Notes: generated by a model from the letters alone, not told the origin. Shown: positions 46,533 through 57,100, numbered from the stretch's first letter. The stretch is 64,000 nucleotides of DNA from Candidatus Helarchaeota archaeon (GCA_019058315.1 JAHPZH010000003.1:73669-137668); one strand, 5' to 3'. Made by a program: numbers and translations.

Positions 46533-47669
46533 TCACTTTGGAATTGAAACTACATCATTTTCAACTTTTACTAAACCTCTTCGTTGAAGTTCCATAGCTA
46601 ATCGTCGAGTGTTTGCCACGGATTGTCCAATTGCCTTTGCTAACTGATCTAAAGTTCTAGAACCTGCGTCATCTACAATTACAAATATTCTTAGTGTTGG
46701 TTCAGTTTCCAATATTTTTTTCATGCTTTCCATTAATGCTAATGCATTTTGCTTCTCTTTTATAGCTTTTTCAGCTTCTTCTTTAATTTTGTCTGTATCT
46801 TCTTTAAGCTCTTTATATTCTTCCATTCCTTTTTTCGAATCTAAAACTTGGGTTTGAAGTTCTTCAATTTGTTTTATATATTTTTGTTCTTTTTCCAATA
46901 ACTTGGAAATTTTTTCCTCATTTAGTGTAATAATTCCATCTTTTTCCTTTAATTGAAGTGATAATTCTTTTTCCAATTCTTTAAAGTCAAATTCTTCTAA
47001 ATCTTCTTTTAGACCATCCATATGATATTTTATTCGCAATTTATTAACTTGTTCTTGAAATCTGTTATAAGATTCTTTATAAGTATCTAATTCCGTTTCG
47101 AGTGTTTTAATTCGTTGATCCTTTTCTACTAATTCACCCTTAACGTCAGCAACTGCAGCTTTTTCAATATCTGTTTTTGATTTTTCAAAACCATCTTTTA
47201 TAGCTTTTATCTCTACTTTTAATGAATTGACTTCGTCGTCTTTTAATTTCAATTTTGAATCGAATTCAGCTTTAATTTCACCGATCTCTAGGTCTTTTTC
47301 TTTTAAACGTACACCGTATTCTCCTTGCTCTTGCATTCTTTTCATTAATTTGTCGTATCTTTCTTTTACGACTGTTAATTCTGTAGACAATTCAGTCATT
47401 TTAAAGTCTTTTTCGCTCATCTCATTTTCAAATGAACTAATTTCTGCTCGTTGCCGACCGATTATTGCTCTTAATTCTATCACATCGGTAGGGAAATCAA
47501 CCATACCATCCATTTTATCTTCTAATTCCTTAATTTTTGTCTCATACTTTTTAAGTTTGTCATTTAACATTGTATTCTCAGTTTGGAGAGCTCTAAGGCG
47601 ATTTACTACACTTGCCTCATCTTTTTGTTTTTTATCTACATTAGATATTAAATCTTCGATATCAGGCAT
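46533..47669 (-). CDS. Long coiled-coil protein with C-terminal winged helix-turn-helix
   Basis: About 300 aa of heptad-rich K/E sequence, then TLDQLAKAIGQSVANTRRLAMELQRRGLVKVE. Confidence 0.75.
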   Translation of the reverse strand: MPDIEDLISNVDKKQKDEASVVNRLRALQTENTMLNDKLKKYETKIKELEDKMDGMVDFPTDVIELRAIIGRQRAEISSFENEMSEKDFKMTELSTELTVVKERYDKLMKRMQEQGEYGVRLKEKDLEIGEIKAEFDSKLKLKDDEVNSLKVEIKAIKDGFEKSKTDIEKAAVADVKGELVEKDQRIKTLETELDTYKESYNRFQEQVNKLRIKYHMDGLKEDLEEFDFKELEKELSLQLKEKDGIITLNEEKISKLLEKEQKYIKQIEELQTQVLDSKKGMEEYKELKEDTDKIKEEAEKAIKEKQNALALMESMKKILETEPTLRIFVIVDDAGSRTLDQLAKAIGQSVANTRRLAMELQRRGLVKVENDVVSIPK

Positions 47670-47906
47670 ATAATCACCAGTGTTTTAAGTGAGGTTATGA
47701 TCGAATAATGAATTCTTTATAATTCTTAATTATGTATGAATAGTATTAAAATTATACTTAATAAATAAGTAAATTTTCTTGAAAAACAATTGAAATTAGT
47801 CTTTAATTAAATAAATAAAATAATAACTAATTTTAATGTTTATTTACAGATTAGATGTGGTAAAAAGCTAAATATTTAAATAAATTTTTAGGATTGGATT
47901 ATTTAA

Positions 47907-49628
47907 TTAACTAGAATCAAATTGCTCGATTTTCTTTTCCACTTCTTCTAAATTACCCTCCAATTTCTTAAGAACATTTTTAAATATTTTTTCTGTCAAC
48001 TCGCCACTTTTAAATTGTTTCGCTAACAATTTCATTTTAAATTGAATATTCTCTTTTTCTTTATTTAATTCTTCAACTTCTTTAGGTATTTTTACCGTTT
48101 TTACTTTAGGCTTAACTACTGGTTTTGGGGCAGGTTTTACAACTGGTTTTGGGGCAGGTTTTACAACTGGTTTTGGAGCCTTTTCGAATGTTTTTTGAAG
48201 ATCTTCTTTAATTTTTGCTTCTCTTTCTTTTTTTACTCTCTCTTCATCTGTTACTTTCTTTTCTTCCTCTGCTTCTTTCCTTCTTTTCTCCAACTCCTCT
48301 TTCGCTTTCTCCTCTTCTGCTTCTTTTTTCTTTTTTTCTTCTTCTATCCTTCTCTTTTCTTCTGCTTCCATTTTCTTTTTTTCTTCTTCCATTTTTAAGA
48401 GTTCTTGCTCTTGCTTTAATTTTTCTTCTTCTTCCTTCATTATTTTTTCCATTTTTTCCTTTTCTTTCTTAACAATATCTTCTTCTATGGAGTCTTTAGT
48501 TATTGGTGATGGTGTGGCTTCTTCAGGAATTATAGGTTCAGAACTAGTTTCTGAAGATACTTGAACTCCTTGTTGAAGTTCAGCTAATTTTGAATGTAAA
48601 AATTTAGCTTGTGCTTTAAAATGCTGCATTAAGTCTTCTTCTTCAAGAACTACACATAAATCAGCAATAGCATCGAATTTCTCGGCAGCAAGTTGAATAT
48701 TCCCAGCCATAATAGCAGCTTCGGCTTCTGCAATTAGTCTATCACGTTCTAAAAGAGGTTTAATAAAGGGAGCAATCAGACTTCTAACTTTTATTGTGTC
48801 TGCTATGATATTTAACATAGTTTCTCTGTTATTAGGATCGATGGCGATCATAGCGTAAGTTTTATATCCTAGATATTCCTCAATTTCTTCTGGGACCATG
48901 GATTCTGGTAGATCTTGTTTATTAGCAACTATAGCTATTCGAGCATGCGGTTCCTCTTTTTTTATTAATTCAATAAAAAATTTAGATTCACGAACATTTT
49001 TTGGAGAAGAATCAAGAATTAGTATTACCGAATCAGCACCTTTAATAAATTTATTCCAAACAAAAGAATATTTTTCCTGTCCTGCAAAATCCCAAAGATA
49101 TAAATTAACATGACCTAGCTTTATTGTCGCTACATCACCTGTTATTGTTGGTACATGGCGCATTGGGATATCTTCAGCACGAATTAATCTTGTTAATGTT
49201 GTCTTACCTACACCACTAAATCCAACAAGAGCTATTTTTGGACGTAATTCTTTGAATACTTCATCAGCCACTTCATGGAACCCTTCATATGCAGCTGAGT
49301 CTTGTTGCAAATCAATAATTGAATCATACTTTGAAAAAAATTCGTTTCTTATGATTTCTAATTGTTGAGTTATATTATCATTATCGTCAGTTAGGTCTGT
49401 TATGAAAATAAATAATAGATTATGATCAATATCAGTAGCATAAGCGATTTTAAAATTAATTATATTCATAAATTCAATCGTATTTTCTTTAGCATCTTTT
49501 AAAAAGTCAATTAATGATACTAATATTGGTGATAGAGCTTGGATTGATATTCCTTCCCCATATGTCCTTTTAAAAATTTGAAACTTTTCTTTGAGAATAA
49601 GGATTTCACGAAGCATCTTAATTACCAA
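47907..49628 (-). CDS. Longin-like domain + Arf/Rag-like small GTPase + helical and charged low-complexity tail
   Basis: GFSGVGKT (G1), PTIT (G2), WDFAGQ (G3), NKQD (G4), an EK-rich helix and (PKPVVKPA)n. Confidence 0.85.
   Translation of the reverse strand: MVIKMLREILILKEKFQIFKRTYGEGISIQALSPILVSLIDFLKDAKENTIEFMNIINFKIAYATDIDHNLLFIFITDLTDDNDNITQQLEIIRNEFFSKYDSIIDLQQDSAAYEGFHEVADEVFKELRPKIALVGFSGVGKTTLTRLIRAEDIPMRHVPTITGDVATIKLGHVNLYLWDFAGQEKYSFVWNKFIKGADSVILILDSSPKNVRESKFFIELIKKEEPHARIAIVANKQDLPESMVPEEIEEYLGYKTYAMIAIDPNNRETMLNIIADTIKVRSLIAPFIKPLLERDRLIAEAEAAIMAGNIQLAAEKFDAIADLCVVLEEEDLMQHFKAQAKFLHSKLAELQQGVQVSSETSSEPIIPEEATPSPITKDSIEEDIVKKEKEKMEKIMKEEEEKLKQEQELLKMEEEKKKMEAEEKRRIEEEKKKKEAEEEKAKEELEKRRKEAEEEKKVTDEERVKKEREAKIKEDLQKTFEKAPKPVVKPAPKPVVKPAPKPVVKPKVKTVKIPKEVEELNKEKENIQFKMKLLAKQFKSGELTEKIFKNVLKKLEGNLEEVEKKIEQFDSS
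48118..48176. repeat. 24-bp coding tandem repeat (actggttttggggcaggttttaca, about 2.5 copies) encoding PKPVVKPA units
   Basis: Two exact copies plus a partial third. Confidence 0.9.
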
Positions 49629-49888
49629 TTAAATGATTTCAAGCAAAACATTAATATTTATCGTTATTTCCAATAAATTCTATTTTATTTCTAAAATGAA
49701 ATAATGACTTTAACTTTATCGAATTACTATTAAAAAAATTACTTATTTTTATCGCTTTAAGTTCAATGCTATTACTATTATTTTAAGAAACTCAACTTAA
49801 AATTAAAAATAGATTGTTTAAATTAGTTATAATTAACCAATAATTAATCAAAAATAGAAATATGGATTGGTAATTTATTATCAAGCGT

Positions 49889-50980
49889 CTAATGTTCTTT
49901 GAACTCACCATAGCGGTCTTGAAGTATTCTTAAATGTTCAATTAGAATATAATCAGGTTGAGAACCTTCATAGTAGATTTGGCGGATTTTATCAATTAAA
50001 TATTCTGGGAACACATATTTTACTTTAATATCCGAACGTAAAAACAGATATTCGTTGCCCTTTTTATCCTTTAAGACCGATATCATTTGAGCATCCCAGA
50101 GTCTTTGTAATGTTTCATCAAAATTTTCGATACTTCCATACAACCTTTGATAAGTCTTAGATTTTTGGGAAACTGGAGCTACTCTTAATTCTTTAATCAC
50201 AGTATAACAGTTCATATCCGTAATTAAATCAAGAATCAATTCTGTGTCTTCTGGATTTGGTGAGTATTTTTCAAAAAATGTTCTCACATCATCCATATAA
50301 TTTTTAAGAACGGATGGATCCAGATCTTTCATTGTTTTTGAACGTACAATAGATGCTCTTGGAGGGACTCTACTTACGAAAATATCCCCGATGAGGAAAA
50401 TAGATGAACTAGTCATTGCTTCTAAAGTTTCTTCACGTATTAGTTTGTTTCGAAGCATACTATTCACAATCGAGTCAACATCGATATATTCGCTCCCATA
50501 TTTATCTCTTAACCAAGCTGAAAGCTCAGATTTAGTAAGTGTACTGTCTTCTATGAGTCTATCTAAAATCATTTTTTTGATAGGATCTAGAAGTATTAAT
50601 GCCAATTTTTGCTCATCAGTCATTTTAGGATAGGTAGCGATATGTTTGAAATAACCAGGAAGTTCTTCAATATATTTTTTTCCTTTTAGTTGTGACATTA
50701 CTCTTCTTATTGTATCGGATAAGATATCTTCATAATCTTCTGGGCTTTCATCAATTGAAAGGAGTACAACCATATAATAATCAGTATCTCCAGTATAATA
50801 ACTGGCAAGATTTAAATCACCAATACTAAGTGAAAGAAATCCCGCTTCTTCTTCAAACTCGTGATTGGTATAAATTTGCTTCGTAATAGTGTCGTTAACA
50901 TCAAGATTTTCTGGATATTGGGCTTCAACCCGCATACCATACTTTTTATCCCATTTAATTACACTAATTCCAAAAAGCAT
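49889..50980 (-). CDS. Longin/uDENN-like domain + winged-helix domains (NPRL2/NPRL3-like architecture)
   Basis: GISVIKWD..YG..VEAQYP N-terminus, LTKSEL..WL...DVDSIVNSMLRNKLI wHTH-like segment and a second similar segment. Confidence 0.6.
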   Translation of the reverse strand: MLFGISVIKWDKKYGMRVEAQYPENLDVNDTITKQIYTNHEFEEEAGFLSLSIGDLNLASYYTGDTDYYMVVLLSIDESPEDYEDILSDTIRRVMSQLKGKKYIEELPGYFKHIATYPKMTDEQKLALILLDPIKKMILDRLIEDSTLTKSELSAWLRDKYGSEYIDVDSIVNSMLRNKLIREETLEAMTSSSIFLIGDIFVSRVPPRASIVRSKTMKDLDPSVLKNYMDDVRTFFEKYSPNPEDTELILDLITDMNCYTVIKELRVAPVSQKSKTYQRLYGSIENFDETLQRLWDAQMISVLKDKKGNEYLFLRSDIKVKYVFPEYLIDKIRQIYYEGSQPDYILIEHLRILQDRYGEFKEH

Positions 50981-51188
50981 TGTCTTTTTTCTCCTATAGT
51001 ATTTTTATTTTTTTTTCTTTTATTTAAATATTGTTTTACTAAAGTCAAATGTTGAATAATTGAAAAAACTTATTATTTTAGTGAAAGAACAGATTTTTAT
51101 ATTGAGTTTAATTAGAGAATAAAGAAGCTTAGATTTTTAAAAAGTTATAGCTTATGGAACAAATATTTGCAGAAATATTGGTGGTAAA

Positions 51189-51452
51189 ATGGGTAAATTT
51201 CGTAGTATTAGAGCAAAAGAAAATAAAAAGTGTGATAATTGCGGTCAAATGATTGGTGATGGGGATATGTATTTATTTAACGAGGAAGAAAATGTAATTC
51301 TTTGTCATTTCTGTAATTATCAGCTACAAAAGAAAGAAAAAGCTTCCGAAGACTCCCCAAAACCTACAGGATCCGGAACTGGAGACTTTAAAAAGTCTGT
51401 ATCAAAGTTAGATAAATTAATTGAAGATACTTTAGGAAAAAAAGATGAATAA
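51189..51452 (+). CDS. Small zinc-finger protein (CxxC-x20-CxxC)
   Basis: CDNC...CHFC motif. GGTGG RBS. Confidence 0.7.
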   Translation: MGKFRSIRAKENKKCDNCGQMIGDGDMYLFNEEENVILCHFCNYQLQKKEKASEDSPKPTGSGTGDFKKSVSKLDKLIEDTLGKKDE

Positions 51453-51526
51453 CTCCCCAACTTAATTATAATCTTACTTATTTTATCTCTTTTTCAATTA
51501 ATTGAATATAAAATGAAAGAATTTTG

Positions 51527-52645
51527 TTATGAGACAGGTTTCCAAATTATCCCTAGTTTATCAGCATAATTTCTTGCTTCTTGAATTTCATCTCTTGTGA
51601 GACGGCGATTAATATCGGAAAGTATCGGATCATAAGGAACTTTGTGGGAAGGATGGTATTGTGCCATTACATTTACTATTGCACGAGGACAATTTTCGGC
51701 GATCCAATCCAATATAGGTTTTGTGCAACATTCTACATGGTTAGGCATTACTAAATGCCGTATAATCATTTCACCATTATCATTATCATGGGCCATTTTA
51801 TGATTTCTTGTCGTAATTTCCCAGAAATTAGTTGCATTTGAAAGTTTTTTTGCACATTCATCATTTCCATATTTGAAATCGGGAAGCCAGAAATCCATTA
51901 AGTCAAGGATAAGCTTCATTGTTTCAAGAGAACAATAATGATTGGAATTCCAGAGTTGGGTTATGTTTTGAGTTTGATATTTTAGCGACTCAATGATAAA
52001 ATATGTGTTTGGAAGTGGTGTAACGTAATTAATATTTCTAGCTTTTTCTTCTCTAGCTAGATGATTGGCGAAATGTCCCAATTTTTCAGATGAGGCGTCA
52101 ACACCAGCTTTAGGTTTGGTCGATATATCCCAATTTTGACAAAATTTACACGAAAATACACAACTGCAAAAAAATATCGTACCAGAAGGAACTAAAGGAG
52201 GTTCTTCTCCAAAATGTAAATGCGCACTAGAGATGTTTGCTACATTTCCAACTTTACAATACCCCAATTCACCATTTAAACGATTTATTCTGCACTTTCT
52301 CTCACATAAATGGCATTCAGACATAATCCTCCTACCCAATTCTATTTTTAAATCCAAATAAGAGGTTTTAGGAATTCTGAGATCCCTAAAAGTTAGCTTT
52401 CCTTGATCGATCTTTTTTAAAGTCTCTTTGAAATCCAAGCTTAGTTTCTCATGTTCATACCATAAATTTTCATTTGATTCAGATAAATTGATTTCTGCAG
52501 GAACTTTCTTTGCAATTTGGTATTTTGCAATTCGTTCATTATTCATAATAGCGTAATATCTACTTAATCTATCTTTAACTTCTTTTTTTTCCCATACTTT
52601 TACTGCGTCTGGTCTAACTACACGCCACATTGCAGTTCGATCCAA
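51527..52645 (-). CDS. pflX: Radical SAM protein, PflX family
   Basis: CHLCERKC, HFGEEPPLVPSGTIFF, CVFSCKFCQN, DFKYGN and RHLVMPNH.ECC motifs. Confidence 0.88.
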   Translation of the reverse strand: MDRTAMWRVVRPDAVKVWEKKEVKDRLSRYYAIMNNERIAKYQIAKKVPAEINLSESNENLWYEHEKLSLDFKETLKKIDQGKLTFRDLRIPKTSYLDLKIELGRRIMSECHLCERKCRINRLNGELGYCKVGNVANISSAHLHFGEEPPLVPSGTIFFCSCVFSCKFCQNWDISTKPKAGVDASSEKLGHFANHLAREEKARNINYVTPLPNTYFIIESLKYQTQNITQLWNSNHYCSLETMKLILDLMDFWLPDFKYGNDECAKKLSNATNFWEITTRNHKMAHDNDNGEMIIRHLVMPNHVECCTKPILDWIAENCPRAIVNVMAQYHPSHKVPYDPILSDINRRLTRDEIQEARNYADKLGIIWKPVS

Positions 52646-52745
52646 TATTTTATAGAAATTTCTAAAAATATTAGTAAAAAAATTGAATTTTAGATTTTCT
52701 AAATAATTGATGATTATTAACTAAAACTTTTAAGTTACTTTGTTT

Positions 52746-53105
52746 CTATTCTTCCTTTATCCCAAATATTTTATGTAATTCAGAGATCTTTGCATACATT
52801 AAAGGACCTGCTGCTGCGGTAGCTGGACCGATAGATCCACATCCTATACGTTGTCTTAAATATTCTTCTGTTTCCTTAAAAATTTCTTCCTTTTTTCCCT
52901 TATTTCTCTCCCAGCGCCAAACTGCAAAAGAAATTATTTCATCTGCCATATATTCAAGTTCCTTTAGTCTTTTTGCGATATGTTCACCCGTTATATCCCT
53001 CCCAGTTTCAGGATCAATTACCATCTGTACTAAAGGAGGTTCTATTGGTTTCGTTTCTTCAGGAATAAATTCTTCTTTTTTAGACTTTTTTTTCTTGGAT
53101 TCCAT
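52746..53105 (-). CDS. Hypothetical protein
   Basis: 119-aa ORF with ATG start. No family recognised. Confidence 0.6.
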   Translation of the reverse strand: MESKKKKSKKEEFIPEETKPIEPPLVQMVIDPETGRDITGEHIAKRLKELEYMADEIISFAVWRWERNKGKKEEIFKETEEYLRQRIGCGSIGPATAAAGPLMYAKISELHKIFGIKEE

Positions 53106-53379
53106 GATGTTTAATTTAAAAATCCTTCAATAAAAAATTTCCTAGAGTGAATAATATCATTACCAGTTAAAATAGAAAGTAGATTATAATAAATTATTAT
53201 TAATTTTTTTTATATAGTGTAAAAAATATCTATGGGATTGAATTGGAGTAATTAGTTAATCTAACCAAGCCAAATATCTTCAACCCAGAATTTTAAATTG
53301 AAGTATTATATTCAAGCATAAAAATTTTTAATATAAACAAATAAATTAAAATGAGTTTAAAATTCATCTTCGGTGGAGA

Positions 53380-53913
53380 ATGACAATGGGATTAACCTAC
53401 AGATGTAAGTTAATATTATTTGGAAATGCTGCAGTTGGAAAAACATCAATTATTGATATGTATGTAAATAATAAATTTGAAGAAGAATATATTTCAACTC
53501 TTGGTTATAATGTTTTTGAAAAAAGTATTAAAATGAAGGATGAAAATATAGTAAATTTTATGATTTTTGATATAGGGGGACAAGAACAGTTTGAAGAACT
53601 AAGAAAGAAATATGCCGCTGGTGCTAAAGCCGCTCTTTTAGTTTATGATGTTACAAATAGAGAATCATTTGAAAACATAAAAAAATGGCAGAATGATCTT
53701 ATCAATTTTACAGAAAATGCTACTTTTATATTAGTTGGCAATAAAGTTGATTTAGAAGATGCAAGACAAATTCAAAAAGATGAGGGAGAAGCTTTAGCTA
53801 GTGATATTGGAGCGTATGGATTTTTTGAAACCTCAGCAAAAACAAATACAGAAATCGATGAAGCATTTCATAAATTAGCACAAGCATATTTAGAAATAGT
53901 TATCTCAAAATAA
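53380..53913 (+). CDS. Rab-like small GTPase (paralog 1)
   Basis: GNAAVGKT, YISTLG, FDIGGQE, LVYDVT, GNKVD and ETSAK motifs. Confidence 0.93.
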   Translation: MTMGLTYRCKLILFGNAAVGKTSIIDMYVNNKFEEEYISTLGYNVFEKSIKMKDENIVNFMIFDIGGQEQFEELRKKYAAGAKAALLVYDVTNRESFENIKKWQNDLINFTENATFILVGNKVDLEDARQIQKDEGEALASDIGAYGFFETSAKTNTEIDEAFHKLAQAYLEIVISK

Positions 53914-53942
53914 GTAAATTATAATAATTTCTATTTTTTTAA

Positions 53943-55064
53943 TTATCTTGAAAACAATTCAGCAACTATATTTTCTACTGGATAAAATACGTCGATATTC
54001 CCGTCCCAATCCTTTAGGATGTTCTGATATAGATTTTCAACTTTATTAATAAATTGTTCTAAATTAAAAATTATTGAATTTAGTTTTTCATTGCTAATAA
54101 ATACTCCTGTAAGAAATTTACCGGAAAATATGTTTACTATCTTTCCTCTCTTCTCAATGATAGAGATTTTAGCGTCCGAAGCAGGGATTAGCTCTTCTAA
54201 CATAATATTAACGCTTGTTATAGCGCCAGACATTAAGACTTCAGTGATTTTTGCATCCTTATCAATAAATGATTTATAAAATGCACATAGACCAGAAGAT
54301 TTATCTATTAGAAGAATTTCTTCAACTTTACCTTGCCAATCAAATTCGGAGAACGGAGGTAGCTTTATGAAGAAACGAGATATTAATCCAAAGGATATTA
54401 ATTGAAGCACAGCTCCAAATAATTTGAATTCTAGACCAAATAATTTTAGGAAAAAATCAGTTGAAAATACTATACCTATTGATAATAAAAAAATCGGTGG
54501 AATAACAGTTATTAACTCAATTAGGACGTTTTCTTTATTCTTTGCTTTCTTAAAAAAATCATTGAAATACATTGTGATAAATAAGAGGACTATTGGTCCA
54601 TAAATATATAATGAGATTCTAATAATGGTTAAATTGAATAAAAATAAAGAATAAAAGAATATTACAAGCGAACCTAAACAAGTTGTAAAGAAATATTTTT
54701 TATAAACATATATTTTGTACTTTTCAATAAAATAAACAAGAATTAATGCACCAAATATAAAGGACATGTAGCCTAAATTAAGAAATAAATCCCGGAAACT
54801 ACCACTACTCCAAATAATAAAGGGGGAAATTACAAAATTTGAAGAAAAATAGTCACTAATAATTAAAAAAAGTCTCATAAGAGAAAAATCAAAAAAGAAA
54901 TAAGAAAAACCGAGTTCTTGAGATGATCTAAGTTGTTTTGGTTGCTTTAAATATTTCATAAAAAATATTATCCCAAGTTCTAACGAAATAACAGCATTTA
55001 TCCATTCTACTATTAATAATGGAATTCTTAATGGTCCATAAATAGGAAAATCGACAAATACCAT
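53943..55064 (-). CDS. 7TM membrane domain + C-terminal longin-like domain (type 2)
   Basis: About 7 hydrophobic helices, linker LPPFSEFDW, then ILLID..SG.C.F / LMSGAITSV / LYQNILKDWDGN. Confidence 0.75.
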   Translation of the reverse strand: MVFVDFPIYGPLRIPLLIVEWINAVISLELGIIFFMKYLKQPKQLRSSQELGFSYFFFDFSLMRLFLIISDYFSSNFVISPFIIWSSGSFRDLFLNLGYMSFIFGALILVYFIEKYKIYVYKKYFFTTCLGSLVIFFYSLFLFNLTIIRISLYIYGPIVLLFITMYFNDFFKKAKNKENVLIELITVIPPIFLLSIGIVFSTDFFLKLFGLEFKLFGAVLQLISFGLISRFFIKLPPFSEFDWQGKVEEILLIDKSSGLCAFYKSFIDKDAKITEVLMSGAITSVNIMLEELIPASDAKISIIEKRGKIVNIFSGKFLTGVFISNEKLNSIIFNLEQFINKVENLYQNILKDWDGNIDVFYPVENIVAELFSR

Positions 55065-55075
55065 TTAAATACCCT

Positions 55076-56275
55076 TTAATCTTTTAATATACTTTCTATC
55101 AAGGTTGTAAAACCAATAAAAAATTGCTCCTGTTTTTCCTTTAAACTATCTAAATTTAATAAAATCTCCTTATAGTATGATTCAAAGTTTGATTTAATAC
55201 TCTTCAAAAAATAACGATGACTGGCTATATCTTTTTTAACAGATAAAGCGTATGTAATATTAAATGGTTTTATTCCATATTCCAATAGAAGAATAGAATC
55301 TTCATGTTTTATTTTGCTAATTTTTTCAGTTTTTGTATCAGTTATTTGAGTAATTATTGATTCAATTCCCATAATTCCTCCTGTAAGCAGCTTTTCCTTA
55401 AGATATTTAGTAGCATCGTCTTCAATTTCATTTTCAGAGCTATTTTTTTTAATTAGTTCCGTTAAATCACAATAAAAAAGACCCTTGTTATCCTTTTGAT
55501 TAATTATAAATAATTTTAAAAGATTATCTTTCCATTCAAATTCGTAGAAAGGGGGAAAATCATTAGCAGAAAAAAATATTATAATAAATCCTGTTAATAA
55601 AATAGATACCCCTATATAATATACAAATTCATTTAATCCTGGAGGAAAAATACCCAATCCAACCTGTACTGCAAAAACAATTGAAGTAAGACTTATAATT
55701 TCACCAATAAAAAATTGGAGAATTTTTTTTCTAATATCACCTACAGCTTTTTTAATCAATTTAATTTGAAAATTAAGAATGTAATAAGCTCCAGAAAGCG
55801 TAAAGATAATACTAATAATAAAAATTGGTGATCTTGTTGAGGGTAATGCAATAACAGCTATAATAGGTATAAAACTTAAGGCTGTTAGAATTTTTACAAT
55901 TTTAAGATTCATTATTGAGGAAAATTCCTCTAATATAATAAAAGAGAGAAATCCAATTGGGGCGGAAAAACCAAAAATCCAACCAATTCTAGTATAGATA
56001 TCTCTTAATCTTATATTAGTAACAAAAAGTCTTGATACATTTAAAAATAATGCACCCAGCACAATGAAAAAGGTAAACGCCCCAAATGATAACAATATTC
56101 TATTTAATTTAAGATTAACATCCTGAATTTTATGGTATTGATAAAAAAAGTAGATAGCTAGTTGAATACCAATAACAACGGCAGCAAAATAAACTAAAAA
56201 CTGAATTTCTTGATTAGGGGTAATTTGAGAAAGCATTATACTAATTACTTCAAACAATGTGGAACCCCTTTTCAT
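55076..56275 (-). CDS. 7TM membrane domain + C-terminal longin-like domain (type 1)
   Basis: About 7 TM segments, linker FPPFYEFEWKDN, LFIIN, GGIMGI, LLEYG and FESYY. Start may be ATG 56236. Confidence 0.75.
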   Translation of the reverse strand: MKRGSTLFEVISIMLSQITPNQEIQFLVYFAAVVIGIQLAIYFFYQYHKIQDVNLKLNRILLSFGAFTFFIVLGALFLNVSRLFVTNIRLRDIYTRIGWIFGFSAPIGFLSFIILEEFSSIMNLKIVKILTALSFIPIIAVIALPSTRSPIFIISIIFTLSGAYYILNFQIKLIKKAVGDIRKKILQFFIGEIISLTSIVFAVQVGLGIFPPGLNEFVYYIGVSILLTGFIIIFFSANDFPPFYEFEWKDNLLKLFIINQKDNKGLFYCDLTELIKKNSSENEIEDDATKYLKEKLLTGGIMGIESIITQITDTKTEKISKIKHEDSILLLEYGIKPFNITYALSVKKDIASHRYFLKSIKSNFESYYKEILLNLDSLKEKQEQFFIGFTTLIESILKD

Positions 56276-56477
56276 TATATTTTAATTATAATCTATTTTT
56301 ACCTCATATAACGATTTTTTAATCTATAATAGAATAATAATCTTTAAAATATTTATTAAAAAATTATATGTCTGGATATAAATATCAGATATTTTATGAA
56401 TAATATATCAATAAATTTTAATTTAAAAAAATAAAATAGAAATTAGTTTTTATTATATGTTACTGGGAGATTTTATA

Positions 56478-57002
56478 ATGGAACACGAATTCAGATTCAA
56501 ATTAGTACTCTTCGGTAATGTGGCTGTAGGGAAAACCTCTATAGTTGATAGATATATAAATGATAAGTTTGAACAAGAATATATATCAACTTTAGGATAT
56601 AATGTTTTCGAAAAAAATATTGATGTGGGCGGAACTAGTGTTGCATTTATGATATTCGATATTGGAGGACAGGAACAATTTGAAGAGCTTCGGAAAAAAT
56701 ATGCAACAGGTGCAAAAGCAGCATTCTTAGTTTATGACGTTACAAATAGAGAAACATTCGATAATATAAAAAAATGGAATATAGATTTAGAGAAATTTTC
56801 AGACAATGCAACATTTATTTTAGTCGGGAATAAAGTTGATTTAGAAGATTTAAGAAAAGTACAGGTAAGAGAGGGAGCAGACTTAGCAAATGATATAGGT
56901 GCTGTAGGGTTTTTCGAAACTTCGGCAAAGACAGGCGAAGGAATAGATGATTCATTCTATAGATTGGCTCAAATATTACTAGAGAAAATGAAAAAATCAT
57001 AA
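56478..57002 (+). CDS. Rab-like small GTPase (paralog 2)
   Basis: GNVAVGKT, YISTLG, FDIGGQE, GNKVD and ETSAK motifs. ATG 56478 follows GGAG and is preferred over 56457. Confidence 0.93.
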   Translation: MEHEFRFKLVLFGNVAVGKTSIVDRYINDKFEQEYISTLGYNVFEKNIDVGGTSVAFMIFDIGGQEQFEELRKKYATGAKAAFLVYDVTNRETFDNIKKWNIDLEKFSDNATFILVGNKVDLEDLRKVQVREGADLANDIGAVGFFETSAKTGEGIDDSFYRLAQILLEKMKKS

Positions 57003-57100
57003 TATATGAGAATAAAAATTTAATAGTTATTCAATTTTTTATCGTTCTATTAATATTTAAATGGTTTTTTATTTAAATTATAGGAGCATGGAAGCATATA

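Noticed and set aside
48195-48472. Two plus-strand Phe/Leu/Ser-rich ORFs resembling membrane proteins
   Set aside because: They are antisense shadows of the E/K-rich tract of the 47907..49628 GTPase.
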